In this document: one piece after another, positions 16,743 through 24,514 of the stretch | Position numbering within the stretch: position 1 is the first letter of the stretch | Layout of the letters: each line of letters opens with the position of its first letter | From: Mycobacterium helveticum | GTDB taxonomy: Bacteria; Actinomycetota; Actinomycetes; Mycobacteriales; Mycobacteriaceae | Reading direction: 5' to 3' | Length of the DNA stretch: 32,000 bases | NCBI RefSeq assembly: GCF_007714205.1 | Contig: NZ_VMQU01000028.1 | Span: 1 to 32,000, forward strand | The notes under the pieces: model-generated | Told to the model about the DNA's origin: nothing | Seen by the model: the letters and a program-made list of their open reading frames with translations, nothing else | The model's database searches: none | Position numbers and translations under genes: made by a program

Positions 16743-17639
16743 TCAGCGTTTGGTTCGCGGCAGCGCGGCCGCGCGTGCCGCCACCTCGTACAGGACGGCG
16801 AAGTCGGACTTGCCATGTCCATGTCCGATCGCGGTCTGGATCAGTTGGTGAGTGGTGGCCGCCACCGGCATCGGCACCTCGAGTTGCCGGGCGGCGGCCA
16901 GCCCCAGATCGAAGTCCGTGCGCACGCTTTCGGTGGTGAACGTGGGCTCGTAGTTGCGGGCGCGTATCGCCTGGCCCTGGTGTCGGATGAACGTCGATCC
17001 GAGCACGGATTCGTCGATGAAATCCAGGAAGGTCGATGGCGCCACGCCCCCCTTCTCGGCCAGGGTCGTCACCTCGGCCAGCACCTCGCCCACCATCCCC
17101 AGCAGCAGGTTGTGGCAGAGCCTGGTGAGCAGTGCGGCTTCCCCTGTGCCGCAATAGGTCACGTTGGGCGCGATCGCGCGCAGATACGGCTGGACGGTTT
17201 CGAAGGTCTTCGCCGCGCCGGACACGATGATCGAACCGTGTCCTTGGGCGATCATGCCCGCGTTGCCGCTCACCGGCGCCGACAGGAATGCGATCCCCCG
17301 CTTGGCGGCCTCGGCGCGGACCTCCGCGGCCGCCTCGGCGGACACGGTCGAACAGTCCACGACGATCCGCGGCGCCGGCTGCGCGCGGAACAAGCCCCCG
17401 GGGCCCAGCGTCACCGCAAGCAGGTCCGCCGACGACGTGACCGTCGTGAACACGATGTCGCAACGCCCCAGATCGCCGACGGCGGCGGCGCGGGTGGCGC
17501 CCAGCCCGATCAGCGGCCCGGTCTTCGGCGCCGTGCGGTTCCACACGGTCATCGTGACGCCATGGGCCAGCAGGCGAGTGGCCATCGCGCTGCCCAGTCG
17601 GCCCGTTCCGAGCCAGCCGATGTGATGATCCCCGGTCAT
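16743..17639 (-). CDS. NAD(P)-dependent dehydrogenase, 3-hydroxyisobutyrate/6-phosphogluconate dehydrogenase family
   Basis: IGWLGTGRLGSAMATRLL dinucleotide fold. ATG 17639 is preceded by GGGAG. Confidence 0.9.
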   Translation of the reverse strand: MTGDHHIGWLGTGRLGSAMATRLLAHGVTMTVWNRTAPKTGPLIGLGATRAAAVGDLGRCDIVFTTVTSSADLLAVTLGPGGLFRAQPAPRIVVDCSTVSAEAAAEVRAEAAKRGIAFLSAPVSGNAGMIAQGHGSIIVSGAAKTFETVQPYLRAIAPNVTYCGTGEAALLTRLCHNLLLGMVGEVLAEVTTLAEKGGVAPSTFLDFIDESVLGSTFIRHQGQAIRARNYEPTFTTESVRTDFDLGLAAARQLEVPMPVAATTHQLIQTAIGHGHGKSDFAVLYEVAARAAALPRTKR

Positions 17640-17821
17640 GACGCTCCCTGCGTAACAAGGGATTCCTGTTGTGGGCATGCCTCATGGGCGATCTCCTCGA
17701 CCGCGCCGCCGCAGAAATGCGGCACTCGGGCGGAGGCGGCGCGCGGGTGCCGGTGCGTGTCCTGGTGGGTGGCGGCCTCTTCGGAAATTTCGGCAAAGCT
17801 CAGCAGGCGAACGCCGGTCAT
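17636..17821 (-). CDS. Candidate small protein (61 aa), first gene of the dehydrogenase operon
   Basis: ATG 17821 is preceded by GGGGAGGGGGACG (strong SD at correct spacing). The stop overlaps the dehydrogenase start in ATGA (17636-17639). No family was recognised and codon-3 GC is only moderate. Confidence 0.45.
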   Translation of the reverse strand: MTGVRLLSFAEISEEAATHQDTHRHPRAASARVPHFCGGAVEEIAHEACPQQESLVTQGAS

Positions 17822-17843
17822 CGTCCCCCTCCCCGTACGTAAC

Positions 17844-17859
17844 GTTCACTGTACTGAAC
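17844..17859. promoter_or_regulatory. Inverted repeat GTTCA-N6-TGAAC in the divergent regulator/operon intergenic region
   Basis: Lies 23-38 nt upstream of ATG 17821, in the most AT-rich part of the 125-nt region between that ATG and the XRE-cupin regulator gene. An additional GTGAAC sits at 17928. Confidence 0.35.
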
Positions 17860-17946
17860 ACTTTGGGTAGTTTCGCTGTCAAATCCGATCGTTTATAGTC
17901 TTCGGCACGACGGTTGCGTGCACTTCGGTGAACAGGTGGAGTGCTC

Positions 17947-18612
17947 ATGGCGGACAGAAGGGCTACCGGCGCGACGCCCGCGGTGACCGAGGGCCTCGGC
18001 GGGCGGCTGCGTCAGGTCCGCACCGCGCGAAACATGTCCGTCAGGGAACTCGCGCGCCGGGCCGGATGTTCCGCCAGCCTCGTCTCCCAGGTGGAACGGG
18101 GCGTGACCGCGCCGTCGGCCAACGTGGTCTACGCGCTGGCGAACGAACTCGGCGTCGCGCTGGACACGCTGTTCGGGACGGCACCGATCGAGACCGCGGC
18201 GCCCCCGTCCGCGCCGCCCGGCGCGACCGGTTCATGGGGCCGTGCAATCGGGCCCGACGGCGCAGGCATCCTGCAAAAGGCGAACGGGCGCAACACCATC
18301 CAGCTGTCCACGGGGGTGCGCTGGGAGCGCCTCACGCCGGCCCGCGACAACCGGGTCGATTTCCTCGAGGTCGTCTACGCGCCCGGCGGCCAATCCTCCG
18401 GCAACGGCCAGGCCATCCGGCACGGTGGCCGCGAATACCTCTACGTCCTCGAGGGAGAACTCGAGGCCGTCATCGGATTCGACACGTTGCGGCTGTCGGA
18501 AGGGGATTCCCTGGCATTCGACCCCGCGACGCCGCATCACTACCGCAACCCCACGGCCGCGACCGCCCGCGCCCTGTCCGTCGTCGTCCACGACCCTCAC
18601 GCGGCGGACTGA
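17947..18612 (+). CDS. XRE-family HTH transcriptional regulator with a C-terminal cupin domain
   Basis: HTH LGGRLRQVRTARNMSVRELARRAGCSASLVSQVERG. The cupin part is HGGREYLYVLEGELE...GDSLAFD...PHHYRN. ATG 17947 is 7 nt after GGTGGAG; the track start GTG 17941 is too close to that SD. Confidence 0.9.
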   Translation: MADRRATGATPAVTEGLGGRLRQVRTARNMSVRELARRAGCSASLVSQVERGVTAPSANVVYALANELGVALDTLFGTAPIETAAPPSAPPGATGSWGRAIGPDGAGILQKANGRNTIQLSTGVRWERLTPARDNRVDFLEVVYAPGGQSSGNGQAIRHGGREYLYVLEGELEAVIGFDTLRLSEGDSLAFDPATPHHYRNPTAATARALSVVVHDPHAAD

Positions 18613-19061
18613 GTGCGCAGGTTGCGTGCGCCCCGGACATTGCGAAGACCCGAGCAGTTCACGCACCCGACGCACCCCACACAGTCGACGCAGCGCGCAC
18701 AACCCACGCAGGCGGCGCACCGCGTGCAGGCGATGCACGCCACGCACGCCACGCATTCGCGCACCAGAACGCTCAACACCGTCAGCACGCTGCCGACCAC
18801 CCCGACGCTGCCCGCGGTGCCCACGGAGCCGACCACCCCGACGCTGCCCGCGGTGCCCACGGAGCCGGCCACCCCGACGCTGCCCGCGGTGCCCGCGGAG
18901 CCGGCCACCCCGACGGCGCCCGCGGTCGCGACCGAGCCGGCCACTGCGACGGCGCCCGCGGTCGCGACCGAGCCGGCCACCGCGAGGCTGTCGCTGACGG
19001 CGATCGCGCCCGCCGTCGAGCGGTCGTCGAAAGTGACCGTCGAACCGTGCCGCACTGCCAC
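18597..19061 (-). CDS. Repeat-built hypothetical protein: (SVGTAG)-type hexads x10, a hydrophobic stretch, then (x-Cys-Val) x12 and a basic tail; start uncertain
   Basis: Minus frame of track ORF 18597..19655, downstream of the cutinase stop. The translation is ...GSTVTFDDRSTAGAIAVSDSLAVAG(SVATAGAVAVAG...SVGTAGSVGVVG)SVLTVLSVLVRECVACVACIACTRCAACVGCARCVDCVGCVGCVNCSGLRNVRGARNLRTQSAA. Both repeat periods (36 and 9 bp) are multiples of 3. G-rich codon position 1 favours this frame over the plus-strand shadow. No convincing SD or start was found; candidates are GTG 19061 or 19055, TTG 19118, or ATG 19129 with a frameshift. Confidence 0.4.
   Translation of the reverse strand: MAVRHGSTVTFDDRSTAGAIAVSDSLAVAGSVATAGAVAVAGSVATAGAVGVAGSAGTAGSVGVAGSVGTAGSVGVVGSVGTAGSVGVVGSVLTVLSVLVRECVACVACIACTRCAACVGCARCVDCVGCVGCVNCSGLRNVRGARNLRTQSAA
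18651..18758. repeat. 9-bp periodic region (12 units) encoding x-Cys-Val triplets on the minus strand
   Basis: The plus strand reads as successive ...acgcacgcc/acgcacccg-type nonamers. Minus translation: ECV ACV ACI ACT RCA ACV GCA RCV DCV GCV GCV NCS. Confidence 0.85.
18793..18972. repeat. Tandem 36-bp repeat, 5 copies, plus a sixth degenerate copy at 18973-19008
   Basis: Units start at 18793, 18829, 18865, 18901 and 18937. Units 1 and 2 are identical (ccgaccaccccgacgctgcccgcggtgcccacggag); the others differ at a few positions. Confidence 0.95.
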
Positions 19062-19159
19062 GCATTCATCATGCCAAGGTGGCCGATGATCGTCACCTCT
19101 GCGCGCGTGCGCGTCCAACGCGGCGTCATCCCATCGCCGACCGGGGCGGCCGCTGGGTG

Positions 19160-19912
19160 TCAGTTGCCGAAGCCGCCGCCGGCGGTGGCGCCGGCCACCG
19201 AGACCGGTCCCTGCGGGCCGGGGGTGCCGTTGATGCGGCTGGCGGCGAAGGCGGCGCCCCTGTCGATCATGCTGACGTCGTCGGTGTAGGTGTTGTGGGC
19301 GGCGAAGTTGAGCCCGTCGGAGCACACCGGGTCGTCTTGGACGCAGACCTTGATGGTCTTGGCCTGATACGGCGGGCCGATGGCCAGCGGCGGCTCGCCG
19401 AGGAAGTTCATGGCGCGCTCGTTGGGTGTGCCGAACAGGACGACCGAGGAGACGTGGTTGGCGACCTCGGGGCTCAGGGGTTTGGGCGCGGTGGCCGGGT
19501 CGATGCCGTCGGGCACCTGCGCGGAGGTGACGAAGCCCATGATGGCGGCGCCCTGGGAGTAGCCGCTGAGCACCATCTTGGTGTTGGGGCATTGCTGGGC
19601 CATGGAGAGCACGTGTGCCCCGGCGTCTCTGACGCCGTCGATGCCGGTGTCCCACTGGTCGCTGGCGGGGTAGTTGACCGAGTAGACGTCGAAGGACTTG
19701 CCGGCCAGGCGGGGGCGCAGGTCGTCGATGAAGGCCTGCACGGTCGGGCCGGGGCCGGGTTCCTCCCCGGTGCCGCGGGCGGCCACCACTTGAACGTCCG
19801 GGCAGCCCTGGGCGGCGGCGAACGGAACGGCGGATGTCAGGACGGAGGTGCCCAGGCCCGCCGCCGCGACGGCGGCCGGACCGAGAAAACGAGCGATGTG
19901 ACGTGTGATCAT
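19160..19912 (-). CDS. Secreted cutinase-family serine esterase
   Basis: N-terminal signal peptide, CPDVQVVAARGTGE, nucleophile elbow GYSQGA and conserved Cys pairs. Confidence 0.9.
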   Translation of the reverse strand: MITRHIARFLGPAAVAAAGLGTSVLTSAVPFAAAQGCPDVQVVAARGTGEEPGPGPTVQAFIDDLRPRLAGKSFDVYSVNYPASDQWDTGIDGVRDAGAHVLSMAQQCPNTKMVLSGYSQGAAIMGFVTSAQVPDGIDPATAPKPLSPEVANHVSSVVLFGTPNERAMNFLGEPPLAIGPPYQAKTIKVCVQDDPVCSDGLNFAAHNTYTDDVSMIDRGAAFAASRINGTPGPQGPVSVAGATAGGGFGN

Positions 19913-20258
19913 GCGGCTATACTCCCGATGCGGACGGATCTCAAACCTACGAATTACCCGACCTATCTATTTGTGCACAGGATCGCCGAATCCGCAACCG
20001 GCATGCGCAAATTGGACTTCGCGGCGCCGGTCGGTCGGACGCGCATCGGGCCTCCCCCCGGGGCGCCGCGGGGCACCGAAACTCTTGCCGAGCAACGGTT
20101 TTCTCGGCGCGCGGGGTTCGGCCATGGTCAACCGCCCAGATTGCGTGGCGCCGTGTCCGGTTCGGCGGCCCGGTTCGGCGTCACCGGAGAATCGGCACGG
20201 CCCGCGGGTGGGTCCCGACGCGGGGCGCCGTGTCGGTGGGCCGGCGTACGTTCGCGCC

Positions 20259-20585
20259 ATGAGTGCTTCCAGGTCGGGCTCGGGCGGCGGGTTCGGTGGC
20301 TTCGTGGCGGTGCTGGTGCTGATCGCGATCATCATCAAGCTGATTTGGTGGATCCTCGCGACGATCGCCCTGGCGGGGTTGTTCTTCCTCCTACGCGCCG
20401 TGGTGCGCTGGTACGGCAGGCGTGCGGCCGCGCGCGCGCGACGGCGACGGGGGCTGGCGGCGCGCGCCGATCAGCAACACAACTGGGTGCTGCGCGGCGA
20501 CGACCGCGGCATCTACGGCCCCGAGGGTGCCGCGCTCATGCACGATCTGTTCCCGGCAAGGCGGCCGCTGCGGAGGCCGCCGTGA
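20259..20585 (+). CDS. Small membrane protein (two hydrophobic helices, Arg-rich tail)
   Basis: Internal ATG 20259 of track ORF 19905..20585. Sequence: MSASRSGSGGGFGGFVAVLVLIAIIIKLIWWILATIALAGLFFLLRAVV. The stop overlaps the next start in GTGA (20582-20585). Confidence 0.65.
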   Translation: MSASRSGSGGGFGGFVAVLVLIAIIIKLIWWILATIALAGLFFLLRAVVRWYGRRAAARARRRRGLAARADQQHNWVLRGDDRGIYGPEGAALMHDLFPARRPLRRPP

Positions 20586-21373
20586 CCCGGTTCGGTTGCT
20601 ACCATCGCGCGGTGAGTGATGGGACCGCACGCGTCCGGCCGGTTTTGCGGCGCGACCTGCTCAGATGCGCGGGGGTGGCGTCGGTCGCCATCGGTCTCGC
20701 CGCGTTGGCCCGCGTCCCCCGCGCGGCCGCCGCCGGCTCCGGGGTCGTCTTCCTCGACGCGGGCCACAACGCCATCAGCGACGCGTCGATGGCCCGGCAG
20801 GTGCCCAACGGCCGGGGCAGCACCAAACCGTGCAACACCTCGGGCACCGCGACTGCCGACGGCTACCCCGAGCACGCGTTCAACTGGGCCGTCGTCACGC
20901 TGGTCGGTCAGTCGCTGAATCAGCAGGGGATTCGCACCCAGCTGTCCCGCGACGGCGACGACGGCGTCGGGCCCTGCATCGACCAGCGTGCGAACCTGGC
21001 CAACGCGGCGCGACCCGAGGCGATCGTGAGCATCCACGCCGACGGCGGTCCGCCGTCGGGGTCGGGATTCCATGTCAACTACTCCAGCCCGCCGTTGAAC
21101 GAGGTCCAGGCCGTCCCCGCCGTCCGGCTGGCCCACGCGATGCGCGATGCGTTGGTGCAGTGGGGTTTTCGCCCGGCCACCTACATCGGCTCCGACGGTC
21201 TTTACGGCCGCGACGACCTGGCCGGTCTCAACCTCGCCGAATACCCGGCGGTCCTGGTCGAACTGGGCAACATGAAAAACGTGGACGACGCGACGCGGAT
21301 GCAAAGCCCCAACGGCCGGGCCGGGTACGCCGCCGCCGTCACCGCGGGGATTGTCGCGTTCCTGAACTCCTAG
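20582..21373 (+). CDS. N-acetylmuramoyl-L-alanine amidase (Amidase_3 family), exported
   Basis: The 3' part of track ORF 19079..21373. RRDLLRCAGVASVAIGLAALA is a signal (Tat-like RR). Zn-ligand blocks are VFLDAGHNA, IVSIHADGG and LVELGNMKN. The start is GTG 20582; GTG 20612 is an alternative. Confidence 0.85.
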   Translation: MTRFGCYHRAVSDGTARVRPVLRRDLLRCAGVASVAIGLAALARVPRAAAAGSGVVFLDAGHNAISDASMARQVPNGRGSTKPCNTSGTATADGYPEHAFNWAVVTLVGQSLNQQGIRTQLSRDGDDGVGPCIDQRANLANAARPEAIVSIHADGGPPSGSGFHVNYSSPPLNEVQAVPAVRLAHAMRDALVQWGFRPATYIGSDGLYGRDDLAGLNLAEYPAVLVELGNMKNVDDATRMQSPNGRAGYAAAVTAGIVAFLNS

Positions 21374-21395
21374 ACCGCGGTGCGCCGGCGCCGAA

Positions 21396-22292
21396 TCACT
21401 TCGCCGCATCGAGGAATTCGTTCACCGCGTCGGCGAACTCGACGGGGCGGTCGCGCACGAGCCAGTGGCCGCATGGGGCGAGGACGCGCAGCTGCCCGTG
21501 AGGGACCGCTTGCGACGCCCGAATCGAATCCGCCACCGGCACGAGCTTGTCGTCGCGGCCCGCGAGCATCAGCGTCTCCGCTTCGATTTGCGGCAGCTTC
21601 GCCATGAGCGACAAATTGGCGGGGTCGGCGAACGCCCATCGCTGCGTGGCCGCAAACGCTTCGCCGGCACGCGGGCGCTTGCCACTGACGACGACTGCGT
21701 CGATCAGACCGTCGGTCAGCGCGGCCGCGTTCGTCATGCCCAGACCGGCGCGCAATTGCAGGCGAATGAGCCCGCGGCCCAGGCTTACCGAGAGACGGTA
21801 CATTCGCCTCTGCAGCGCGGGGTGACGGACGAGCCACTCGACCGTGCGCATGAACCTGAACCTGTCGGTGATGCCGCCCGGGTTGATCGCGAGGATACGG
21901 CGCACCACGCCGGGGTGGTCGATGGCGACGGCCAGGGTGATCCAGCCCCCGAGCGACAACCCTCCGAGATCGACCCGGTCGAAGCCGTGGCCGCGGATCA
22001 GCTCGGCGACCCACTCGCCGTACCAGGGGACGGAAAAGGGCGAATCAGAAGGGAATTCGCTGTCGCCGTAGCCGGGCAGGTCCGGGGCGATGACCCGCCG
22101 GCGCCGCCCCAGGGACACCAGCGCCGAACCGTAGGACACCAGCGCCGAGTCGAGGCCGCCGCCGTGCAGCAGGATCAGGGGCGTGACGCCGTTGCCCGGG
22201 TCGACCTCGAAGACCCGCGTGCGGATACCTCGAACGTCGATGTCACGCGCGTTGATCCCGGCGGGAACCCGCACAGACCGGGCACCGGTCAC
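21396..22292 (-). CDS. Alpha/beta-fold hydrolase
   Basis: LILLHGGG oxyanion region and nucleophile elbow GLSLGG. GTG 22292 is preceded by GGGAGGG. Confidence 0.9.
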   Translation of the reverse strand: MTGARSVRVPAGINARDIDVRGIRTRVFEVDPGNGVTPLILLHGGGLDSALVSYGSALVSLGRRRRVIAPDLPGYGDSEFPSDSPFSVPWYGEWVAELIRGHGFDRVDLGGLSLGGWITLAVAIDHPGVVRRILAINPGGITDRFRFMRTVEWLVRHPALQRRMYRLSVSLGRGLIRLQLRAGLGMTNAAALTDGLIDAVVVSGKRPRAGEAFAATQRWAFADPANLSLMAKLPQIEAETLMLAGRDDKLVPVADSIRASQAVPHGQLRVLAPCGHWLVRDRPVEFADAVNEFLDAAK

Positions 22293-22373
22293 CGGACCCT
22301 CCCGACTCGACGATGGGGCGTATCAGGCTCACACCGGGCGCGGTGCGCACCAGGGGCGGCGTCATCGTGACCG

Positions 22374-23414
22374 TCACGCCGACGTCTCGTCTTGCCCGCT
22401 GGGCAGGTCGCCCACCGGGCACTCGGCGACGCCGATGGTGTCGCGGGTGATCGACTCCACGTTCTCCTGGGCTTTCTTCGGGTCGTTCACCCAGAGTTTG
22501 TAGAAGTCGAACGGGCACTCGGCGACGCCCTTGTCGCCCTCGCCGGCCGCGTGCACACCGGTGTAGCCGCGATGCAACAGCTTGAACAGGTGGTTCTGCG
22601 ATTGCCCGGTGCGCCGCGCGTCGCGGATCGCCGAGATGGACAGCTGCGCATACTGGATGCCGTACTCCTCGGTCCCGGTTTCACCCAGGGTGCGGCCGTC
22701 GAATCCGACGATCGCGGAATGCCCGAAATAGCTGTAGACGCCGTCGAATCCGGCCGCATTGGCGACGGCGACGTAGACGTTGTTGGCCCAGGCCATCGCC
22801 TTGGACATCAACACCGTCTGCTCGGCGGCGGGATACATGTAGCCCTGCGAGCGGACGATGAGCTCGGCGCCTTTCATCGCGCAGTCACGCCAGATCTCGG
22901 GGTAATTGCCGTCGTCGCAAACGATCAGCGACACCAGGATCCCTTTCGGGCCCTCGACCGCGTAGGTGTCGGACCCCGGATACCACGGCTCGATCGGATT
23001 CCACGGAATGATCTTGCGGTATTTCTGCACGATCTCACCGCGGTCGTTCATCAGGATGAGGGCGTTGTACGGCGGTTTGTGGGGATGTTCCTCGTGCTGT
23101 TCGCCGGTCAGCGAGAACACCCCCCACGTCTTGGCGGCCCGGCACGCCTCGGCGAAGATCTGCGTCATGGGGCCGGGGACGGTGGTGGCGGTCGCGTACA
23201 TCTCCGCCTCGTCGTACATGATGCCCTGGGTCGAGTACTCCGGGAAGGCGATCAGATCCATCCCGGGCAGGCCCCGCTTGACGCCCACCACCATGTCGGC
23301 GATGCGCTGCGCGTTGGCGAGGACCTCGTCGACGGTGTGCAGTCGCGGCATCTTGTAGTTGACCACGGCGACACCGACGGTATCCGGACTCGACGAGATG
23401 TCTCCGTGCCTCAT
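22374..23414 (-). CDS. amiE: Aliphatic amidase (acylamide amidohydrolase), nitrilase superfamily
   Basis: [26 protein letters not shown]...FPEYS...KYRKIIPW...[25 protein letters not shown] is nearly colinear with Pseudomonas aeruginosa AmiE as I recall it. The E-K-C triad context is present. Confidence 0.95.
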   Translation of the reverse strand: MRHGDISSSPDTVGVAVVNYKMPRLHTVDEVLANAQRIADMVVGVKRGLPGMDLIAFPEYSTQGIMYDEAEMYATATTVPGPMTQIFAEACRAAKTWGVFSLTGEQHEEHPHKPPYNALILMNDRGEIVQKYRKIIPWNPIEPWYPGSDTYAVEGPKGILVSLIVCDDGNYPEIWRDCAMKGAELIVRSQGYMYPAAEQTVLMSKAMAWANNVYVAVANAAGFDGVYSYFGHSAIVGFDGRTLGETGTEEYGIQYAQLSISAIRDARRTGQSQNHLFKLLHRGYTGVHAAGEGDKGVAECPFDFYKLWVNDPKKAQENVESITRDTIGVAECPVGDLPSGQDETSA

Positions 23415-23466
23415 GCTGGATCGATCCTCTCGGCGACTCGCGTTGGCGCGCGGCGAAACCGCTAAT

Positions 23467-23501
23467 TTACCACCAAGAGCAATAGTTGCATAAGGTGGTA
23501 A
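23467..23501. promoter_or_regulatory. Inverted repeat TTACCACC-N19-GGTGGTAA in the AT-rich region upstream of amiE
   Basis: 8-bp perfect arms, 53-87 nt upstream of amiE ATG 23414. It could be an operator or, on the amiE leader RNA, an 8-bp stem with a 19-nt loop. Confidence 0.4.
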
Positions 23502-23530
23502 TTGTCCCGGAAACTGGCTTTGAGAACGGA

Positions 23531-23600
23531 ATTCCCAGGGTTTGATTTCCAGGGTTTGATTTCCGGGGTTTGATTCCCGGGGTTTAACTCCCAGGGTTTG
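23531..23600. repeat. Tandem 14-bp repeat x5 (consensus ATTYCCRGGGTTTG), intergenic
   Basis: The units are attcccagggtttg / atttccagggtttg / atttccggggtttg / attcccggggttta / actcccagggtttg. The period is not a multiple of 3. The array lies between divergent amiE and the K+ channel gene. Confidence 0.95.
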
Positions 23601-23710
23601 TCGGTCGCGTCAGGCGGACCGGCCGTGGGCCGGGCCGAGTCGGTGTAGCGCCGCGAAACTCGGGAACACTGGGAAGCCGGCAGCGATCAGGAGTTCGGAG
23701 GGCCGTCCGC

Positions 23711-24514
23711 GTGGGTGAGCGAAGCATCAAGCAGACACGAGACGAAAGCTGGCAACGCGTCACCGAGTTGCCGTTGGCCTTGGTCGCCATCGCCTTCATC
23801 GCCCTGTACTCGGTACAAGTGCTGGGCCACCTCGGGCACGCGGGGAGGCACATCCTGTGGATGTCGAGCTGGGTCTCCTGGTGTCTTTTCGTCGGCGACT
23901 ACCTGGTCCGCCTCAAACTGGCGTCCGACAAGCGGCACTGGTTCGTCCATCACCCGTTCGACCTGCTGGTCGTCGTGCTCCCACTGATGGGACCGCTGCT
24001 GCTCCTGCGACTGGCCGTGCTGGCCGGGGCGTTGCAGAAGGCCGTCGGTATGGCGGTGCGCGGCCGCATCCTCACGTACACCGTCACGGGTGTGTGCCTG
24101 CTGATCTATGTGTCGTCGCTGGCCGTCCTCGACTTCGAACGCGACCACCTCGGAGCCAGGATCACGTCGTTCGGCAAGGCGTTGTGGTGGGCCGTCACCA
24201 CCGTGACCACCGTCGGCTACGGCGACCTGTACCCCGTCACCGTCCCCGGCCGGCTGGTTGCGGTGATGCTGATGATCGGCGGCATCACCCTGGTGGGCGT
24301 GGTCACCGCGTCGCTGGCCTCGTGGATCGTCGAGCGGGTGTCGGAGACCGACACCGCGAACCGGGCGACCTCGTCCGCCGAAATCGCCGAGCTGCGCCAC
24401 GAAGTTCGCCGGCTGGCCGAACAGCTACGGCGAGTCGCCGAGCACGCCGAACTGGAGTCGCAGCGGTCGTTGACGGCTACCGGAGGAGCTGGCCGATGGT
24501 CGTCACGACGATGA
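23711..24514 (+). CDS. Potassium channel family protein (ion-transport family, TVGYGD selectivity filter)
   Basis: TTVTTVGYGDLYP filter, multiple TM helices and a C-terminal coiled-coil-like tail. GTG 23711 is 8 nt after GGAGGG. Confidence 0.9.
   Translation: MGERSIKQTRDESWQRVTELPLALVAIAFIALYSVQVLGHLGHAGRHILWMSSWVSWCLFVGDYLVRLKLASDKRHWFVHHPFDLLVVVLPLMGPLLLLRLAVLAGALQKAVGMAVRGRILTYTVTGVCLLIYVSSLAVLDFERDHLGARITSFGKALWWAVTTVTTVGYGDLYPVTVPGRLVAVMLMIGGITLVGVVTASLASWIVERVSETDTANRATSSAEIAELRHEVRRLAEQLRRVAEHAELESQRSLTATGGAGRWSSRR

Noticed and set aside
18793-19008. Possible CRISPR array, suggested by regularly spaced 36-bp repeats.
   Set aside because: The units are directly adjacent with no spacers, they lie inside an open reading frame, and no cas genes are present.
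18613-19089. Plus-strand ORF through the repeat region, encoding a Pro/Thr-rich protein (PTTPTLPAVPTE repeats).
   Set aside because: It is the offset antisense shadow of the minus-strand frame. It has lower G at codon position 1 (GC1 below GC2 by hand count in the repeats), no signal peptide, an odd His/Thr/Gln-rich N-terminus, and starts directly at the regulator stop without an SD. It cannot be fully excluded without expression data.
19913-20258. Cyclic-di-AMP (ydaO-type) riboswitch upstream of the cell-wall amidase operon. Such riboswitches often precede actinobacterial cell-wall hydrolase genes.
   Set aside because: I could not find the conserved elements I remember, such as the ...CCCGACAGCUAAC... 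block and the paired GGGGA/AAUC motifs. Only vague G-rich similarity was seen. An Infernal search would be decisive.
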